Assembly (NCBI RefSeq): GCF_006345805.1
Contig: NC_043010.1
Location: 49,972,001 to 50,036,000, forward strand
Source of the DNA: Octopus sinensis
Lineage: Eukaryota
Length of the DNA: 64,000 nucleotides
Direction: 5' to 3'
Below the pieces are notes generated by a model, which was not told the DNA's origin, did not search any database, and worked only from the letters and a program-made list of their open reading frames with translations. The first letter of the stretch is position 1; each line of letters starts with the position of its first letter. A program made the position numbers and the translations under genes. Positions 57,384 through 64,000 of this stretch are shown one piece after another.

Positions 57384-58278
57384 GTGAGTTATTCTATTCT
57401 TTGTCAAATTTATTTTTAATCTTTTATGAATGGCGACTAAAGTATATACTTTTTAAAATTCTATCTATAAAACTTGTTGCCCAAATTATATAATTTACAC
57501 CTCCACCAAAGGCTACTAATATTTTAACTCTTTAGCTTTCAGATTAATCTGTCAAATGTAATAATTATTTATTCAGAATATCTTGAATTAATCATGCATT
57601 ATATTGTAGCTTCAAGATTTCAATGACGTGATTGCTTATTCTTAGAATAACATTGTTGGGTAGTGTGAGAGACCAGATCTAGCCAGTGTGAACATAAAAC
57701 AAGCAGAATATATGGGCTGGATATAGCTGGTTTAAATGCTCAAGCACTTGAGGCTAAAACATTTAATTTGCAATCACTGGCCTGCAACCATGACATTTCA
57801 TATGAAGTATTTTGTACCACTTTCAAGTAAATAAATAAATATAGTAACAGCTTTCCTCAGAGTTTTTGTAACCTGGCTCAAGCTTTCGGAATTACAGAGA
57901 TGTACTTGCAAAGCAAGTGACCTGATCTGAGATTGTGTGCTGCATCAAAAGCAGTTGCAGCGTGGAAGGTTTTATAAACCATTTAAGAAACACACAAAGC
58001 CCTTTAGATTCACTTCAACATTTAAATTTAATTTGTCAAAATATTTTCATCACTTTGAGACTACGACCTGTTCACTGACAAAATTCCGTGTTGAAATTTA
58101 CAGAAAGACAAAAGATGAAGACAGGTGTAGGAACAACAAACAAGTGTGTTAATTTGATGCCCGTGAAAAATGGAAGTCTTTTGTGTTTTGAGCCTTTGCT
58201 TTTCGACAGAAAGGAAAAAAAGGAAATAAATAGAGAGAGAATGAAAAAAATGTGTAGAGTTCAGTGGTCCAGCATAGC

Positions 58279-58317
<39 letters not shown>

Positions 58318-58319
58318 GT

Positions 58320-58627
58320 GAAGGTTCAGTAGTTGGGCTCACAGTCTTGAGGTCGTGAGTTCAATTCCCGGACAGGGCTGTGTGTTGTGTTATTAAGCAA
58401 GGCACATTATCATGTTGCTCCAGCTCACTCAACTGTAGAAATGAGTTGGTGCCAAGCTGTATTGGCCTTTGCATTTCCCTTTGATAACATCAGTGGTGTG
58501 GAGATGGGAAACTGGTATGCATGGGCGACTGCTGGTCTTTCATAAACAACCTTGCCTAGACTTGTGCCTTGGAGAGGAACTTTCTAGCTGCAATCCCATG
58601 GGCATTTATGACCGAAGGTGGTCTTTT
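58320..58627 (+). mobile_element. SINE family C4
   Basis: B box GAGTTCAATTCC; CORE-like TTGCTCCAGCTCACTCAACTGTAGAAATGAGT; homologous to 25321-25654. Confidence 0.8.
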
Positions 58628-58821
58628 TATACACACACATTTATTCATTATCAGTAAGAATATTAGGATGGATAAGAGGTTTCACTTAATGATCTCAGTT
58701 CCAACTTTATAAGTAATTGTGTTCTGATTATTACTTTACGTATTTCAGTCTGTCTGAGATATGAAGAGTTCATTAGAAGAAAGGCATCCAGGTATTAAAA
58801 AAGAAACAAAAAAAAAAATTT

Positions 58822-59165
58822 AAGGTGCAAGTATGGCTGTATGACTGAGAAGTTCGCTTCACATTCATCTGGTTTTAAATTCAGTCCTACTTTGCTGTAC
58901 CTTCAGCATTTGTCTTCTATTATAGCCTTGGACTGGCTGATATCTTGTGAATTTGGTAGATGGAAACTGTATGGAATGTGTTTGTGTGTGTGTGTGTGTG
59001 TAAGCATGTGGTGTTGTTTTGTTTACATCTCTGTAACTTAGCATTTAAGCAATGAGAGACTGCCAGATTAAGTACTAGACTTGAATGTATTGTAGTTGAT
59101 TAAATTTTTCAAGGAAGTGCTCCAGCATGGCTATGGTTTAATTAGTGTAACAAATAACAGAATAA
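58822..59165 (+). mobile_element. SINE family A, diverged
   Basis: Head GTATGGCTGTATGACTGAGAAG through GTGCTCCAGCATGGC tail. Confidence 0.7.
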
Positions 59166-60969
59166 GTGTACACACCTGTTTTCAAATCACCCCCCCCCCC
59201 CAATCCCATGCATTACATTGCTAAATGCATTGAAACAGAAATGATATATGCCTTATCATGGCACCCATTTACAAATAACAAGACTTGTCTGTTAAAGAAT
59301 TATCTTTGAGACACGATGCAGTCTTTCTTAATGGTGTATAAGCCACTGACTATACAGTAGATAGTTAACCAAGTGCTTGGTGTTGAAATCATGAGACTAA
59401 CAAACTAGTCTAAAATATTTACTATAATGATTGATTATGCCATTAAGCTAATCCTGTTTGTTACACTTTGACTAGTATATACTTTGATCATTGATAAAAG
59501 ATTATTATGGTATAGATATCGTGTCATATTTACATACGTACTTTACTTTGAAATTAGGATTTTTACTAGCATTCAGCTGCACCTCTAGGTACTGGTAAAG
59601 TATATGTGATTATCATATCAGAAAATAATCTGAGAGAACACCAAAAGACACAGTTCATAAAATGAAGATGATAATCTGATTACTCTTTAATGCTTCTGCT
59701 ATTAATGCCTTACCACAGAAGTACATGTCTTACATTAGCCCTTGGCTATTTATACAGTTATAGCAATGGGGTATTGATGATTGAATTTTATAGAGTTTAT
59801 TTCTGGTACTTTGCTTCTTGAATGATTGATCCAATAGAATTTGAACCCAAAATGTGTAGGGCACGTATATAACTATGCAATTAAAGTTTGCTTTGAAATT
59901 GCATGATGCTTGAGTGGATTCTTCTGTGTGGCACTTGAGCAAGAGTCTTTAATCTCAAAGTTCAACCCAAATCTTAGGTGAAATCAAACTGGATGGAGAC
60001 TGTGCCAGAGTCCTTCAGATGGATGGTACCAGTTCTTGGGTAGTTAATTTATACTTCATCTAGTTTAACTCTACCACCTGATCCTTGGGTACCTTTAGCA
60101 GAGTCCAATTTTTTGTAATTATTCAGATTAGGTCTTTGGTCTAAGGATGACCCATGAATCATGGTCTCTTCTTCCGTTCCCCTCTTACCTATCTTGGAAA
60201 CCCTGCAGAAAAGTCATTAAAAAGAACCTTACTTTTAGTTCCACATCTTATAGATATTCTGGGATGTATCATCAGCTATGTTTCTGGGCTCTCAAGTGGT
60301 TTCAGATCATTCAACGACAGACCCCGTTACCTGGTTGACTCATTTGGGGTTGATCAGATACCAGCTTGCATCCCAGTTACAGTAAACCACTTGTCTGCCC
60401 TGTTTACCCAAAGCCACCTAGTAGCCTCTGCTATTTTAGTGATGACATTTATTGCCTTCCACTTTGCTGCTCCACTAACTCCAAGCCCAATCAGAGCTTC
60501 AGCCATTTAGTCTACTGTCCACTGTCCTTTTATCTTAGAAATATACAAATGTGATTCATAATTATTCTCTATTTGTTAGCCATGCCTCCACCCCTGACTT
60601 TTTTTAAAAAATTAGCCGGCTAGTAAGTTGGGTTTTGAATTTAACTCCAGTCCATTGACTGCAGTTTTGTTGTTATTGATATTGCTGTTGCGTGTCAGAC
60701 AGTTTTCAATCACTTCCTTTTTTCTGAGTTCATATCCTGCCAAGACTACCTGTAACTTTCATTCTCCCAGAGTTCATGAAATAAAGAGATTGACAGTCTG
60801 AGTACCAGACTTTAAAATAAGTACTGAGGTCAATTTGTTTCAGTCAGATCTTTCAAGATGGTGCTCCAACATGGTCACAGTTCAACGACTGAAACCAGTT
60901 AGAATTGTATGTTATTTTGAGTAAACACTAGTGGTATGAGTATAGTTTGAACCCTGATATATTACTGGT

Positions 60970-61150
60970 ATGTGGAGGCATGTGGCTTAGTAATTGTAAG
61001 ATCATGGATTGGCGTGATGCATTGTGTTCTTAAGCAAAACACTTCATTTCACATTGCTCGAGTCCATTCAGCTGGCAAAAATGAGTAATTCTGTGATAAA
61101 CCATTGTCCTGTCCAGTGGGGGAAATATATATACACCACAGAATCTGAGA
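60970..61150 (+). mobile_element. SINE family C, partial
   Basis: GGAGGCATGTGGCTTAGT..AGCAAAACACTTCATTTCACATTGCTCGAGTCCATTCAGCTGGCAAAAATGAGTAA. Confidence 0.8.
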
Positions 61151-62755
61151 AGGACCTTTGATATTTTAATACCACTGGTACATAATTTATTAATTATGAA
61201 AGGCAAAATGCAAAAAATTGTGGTCATTCAGATTTGACCTCTGCTTAGTGACCTCATAAAGTAGCTACTCTAAAATACATAGGTTAATTACCATTTGTAC
61301 CAAATCCACCACTGCAGTAAGTTTTTCAATTAAGTACAATGCTTCAGGCTAAATAGCTGACCAAGTTTTTCTATTCTGATCTTTTCTTCCGAGTGTCAGA
61401 CATGAAAGTTGAACTTGCTCAGTTGCCCTCAATGTCAGTAAAGCAATTATCTATAAATCCCATATTTCATTGTTTAGCTGCTCTCAAGAGTATTGAAGTT
61501 TAAACCTCATTAATCCACACTGAGAAAGCAATATTGATTAACGTGTTTATTTGACATATCAATCACTTGTAAACAAGTAGCATCTTCCAGTTGTTATTTA
61601 TGTTTGTGTATCTGTTTTAACTGCTGGTAAATGGACGTTACAAGTCACCTATATGGCAGCTCTTCTTCGCTGGATGAAAGGTTATTTTTATTATTATTTT
61701 ATCAAATCTACAATGATAGAATATGTTGCATATCGTAGTAAAACAATTTCTGTCATATTTGTGTAAATAATCTTTCCAAACAAATTTTGTTAACATCATT
61801 ACTATGTTAGCATGTTAAGTCATTAAGTGATGTTCATTAACTTTATTTTTAATTCATTTAAAAACTATTTGAAGATTTTTCTTTTTCATTATTTCACTTC
61901 ACAAGATATTTTTTATTAGAATATTTTATACTTTTAAAAATGCCAAACTTTAGAAATATTAGACATTTTTTTCTAAAATACCAGATTCCCTTTTTTAATT
62001 ACCAAACTTTTTTTAAATGTCTTAACATTTTACGGTAAAGTTTTACATTATCTAAAATAATACGTGGTATAAAATTTTTTTAGCTGGAATGTGTTGCAAT
62101 TTTTCCTAAATATTTCAACTTCATGCAAAAGATCAGGATCTATATAGACACACATTTCTCTGACTGCACTCTTCTAAAGATGGGCTTTTTGTCTGAAATA
62201 TATATAAAGTTTTTTCAACTTTCATCTTTTCATTGTTAGAAGCTTTTCTCATTTATCTTTTCATTTATTATTCTACTTCTGTGCTACAATGTTTCAAGCG
62301 AACTACAATGTTCTTCAATCATAACTTAATTGAACATAATCAGTACTCAAATATTTTAGCATTACGCTCGCATGCACCCCCCCCCCCCGCCATAGTTGGC
62401 AAGAAGATGCTAGTCCAAACTTAGAATCAATAGAAAAACATTGAATTAGTGCTTGAACTGATGAAATTCTTAAATTCTAACTTACTAGTTAAGGTAAAAT
62501 AGCCCAGCAGGTCAATAGGTGGCTGTAAGAAATACAAAAAAAAAATGTTCTGTAATTCCCCCTTGCTTCAAGCAAGTTGAAAACATTTTTGCTTATTTGC
62601 AGTGAGTAGTATTGTCTCATTATGTTCACCTGTTTGATATGCATAATAATATCAACCATTCACCATACCTTTGAAACAGCTGTAAAGAATTATTTTAATT
62701 TTGTTATATGTAACAGCTCCTTCAATGAATTCCTGTCATCTATAATTGTTTGTTC

Positions 62756-62758
<3 letters not shown>

Positions 62759-62831
<73 letters not shown>

Positions 62832-62852
62832 ATATATATAATGTGTGTGTGC
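62759..62852. repeat. (CT)n(AT)n(GT)n compound microsatellite
   Basis: Seen directly. Confidence 0.95.
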
Positions 62853-63347
62853 ATGCAACATGAAATTGAGATTTAATAAAATGTTCAATGTGTTTGTTAT
62901 TTAATGGTTTAATAAAAGTAGTGGATTCTCTACAGTTTTGAGCTACATTCCTTTGCATTATGAATTGAGATCTTCCCAAGGTTGACTCTACATTTCATTG
63001 TCAAAAGTTGATAAAATGAGTGCCTGTAATGTACTGGTAGGGACTTCTGTTGACTGTTACCACTACAACCATCCTTATATCTAATTAAAAGATTAATGAT
63101 TTATATAACAATTAATGATGACAGAAAAGGAGGGTTGGACTATTAACTCATTTCTTGAAAATGAAATTAAAAAAACAAAACAAACTAAATAACTCTGATT
63201 AGTAAAGGTGATGGTAATGTGGTTTAAAGGTATTGGGTCAGTATGATGGCCAGTAGCAAAAATTCTACCAGAAATTAAGAATTTGGTATTGAATTACTCT
63301 TATATAAAGATGCCCTGTTCAGTGCATTCTGTAAGAATTACTTTTAC

Positions 63348-63576
63348 TCCTTAGCATTTAAACCGGCCATAACAGCCCCAAATATTCTACCTGTTTTATA
63401 TTCAAACTTATACTACATGTTTATTCTAAACATATGTTTATTCCACACTATGTTTATTCTAAATAAAAATAGCTATGCCACTGAAGTTTCAAGGCTCCAA
63501 GATGATGCATAATTAATTCAAAATGATGTGAATAGATAAGCATTGCATTTGAAAGAGTAATCTGAATGTTAAAGAG
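63348..63576. mobile_element. piggyBac-type MITE (family 1)
   Basis: CCTTAGCATTTAAACCGGCCAT..GTAATCTGAATGTTAAAGAG|TTAA; same orientation as 8688-8907. Confidence 0.7.
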
Positions 63577-63879
63577 TTAAAGATGAGAACTGTGGTTTTA
63601 TAACTTAATCACATAAGGGACCAGGAGATTTGGCAATTTTCTATACTTGGTAAGATGTATCAGGCTAAGTAAAATTGCAGTCTTCCACACACATATAGGC
63701 TTGTCCCTTCAGGTGTTGGCACTGCGTAAATGCTCCCATGCCAGTGTTGCATAAATGCACCCATACTGGTGCTGCATAAACATACATGTGCCAATTGCAT
63801 GTAAAAAGCACCCCACACACTCTAAGTGGTTAGCATTAGGAAAGGCATCTAGCTGTAGAAACCATGTCTCAACACACAA

Positions 63880-63990
63880 TTGGAGTGAAAATCCGTTTGG
63901 CCGTTTCCCAGTAGTTTTGCAAACACTCGAACAGACAAAGACGAGTGACTACAATATCCCTGCTTCGCTTACACATGCAGGGTTGAACAT
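63880..63990 (+). mobile_element. Possible Helentron/DINE-1-type 3' end
   Basis: ..GACTACAATATCCCTGC-TTCGCTTACACAT-GCAGGG: subterminal hairpin preceded by an (A)CAATA motif; class is inferred. Confidence 0.35.
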
Positions 63991-64000
63991 TCCATCAAAA

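Noticed and set aside
61615-61690. GGT AAA TGG (GKW) as a possible next DCTN1 CAP-Gly exon
   Set aside because: Continues TLQVTYM rather than VG.ILD..KGKNDG and has no suitable AG acceptor in phase; the next exon is probably outside the window.

Overview
AT-rich, repeat-dense animal genomic DNA. The microsatellites, tRNA-derived SINE families and RTE/CR1 remnants look like a coleoid cephalopod (Octopus-like); this taxon call is an inference. A complete Vps51 gene (GARP/EARP subunit) lies on the minus strand. I assembled 20 coding exons by hand from 52045 to 11684: all introns are GT-AG, phases are consistent, and the CDS is 2352 nt (783 aa plus stop). About 200 bp away, head-to-head, the 5' end of dynactin subunit 1 (DCTN1/p150Glued) starts on the plus strand. 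It has the first CAP-Gly exon (57270-57383) and a candidate alternative first coding exon (52576-52783) that adds a basic, Ser/Pro-rich extension containing an SxIP motif. The rest is mostly transposon-derived: several SINE families, RTE and CR1 LINE 3' ends, a pogo-type element, piggyBac-type MITEs, Helitron-like pieces and a 1.8-kb A/T-tract satellite. The main unexpected signal is a set of minimal type I hammerhead ribozyme motifs: four near-intact (3370-3425 -, 28570-28612 -, 28831-28873 -, 55602-55646 +) and two decayed. Two lie in tandem in the sense strand of Vps51 intron 12, with cleavage sites 262 nt apart; one of them has a compensatory U3-A8 core inside a long rod-like fold. Another lies in the sense strand of DCTN1 intron 1. 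All calls were made by eye; repeat boundaries are approximate unless a TSD or TIR is quoted.
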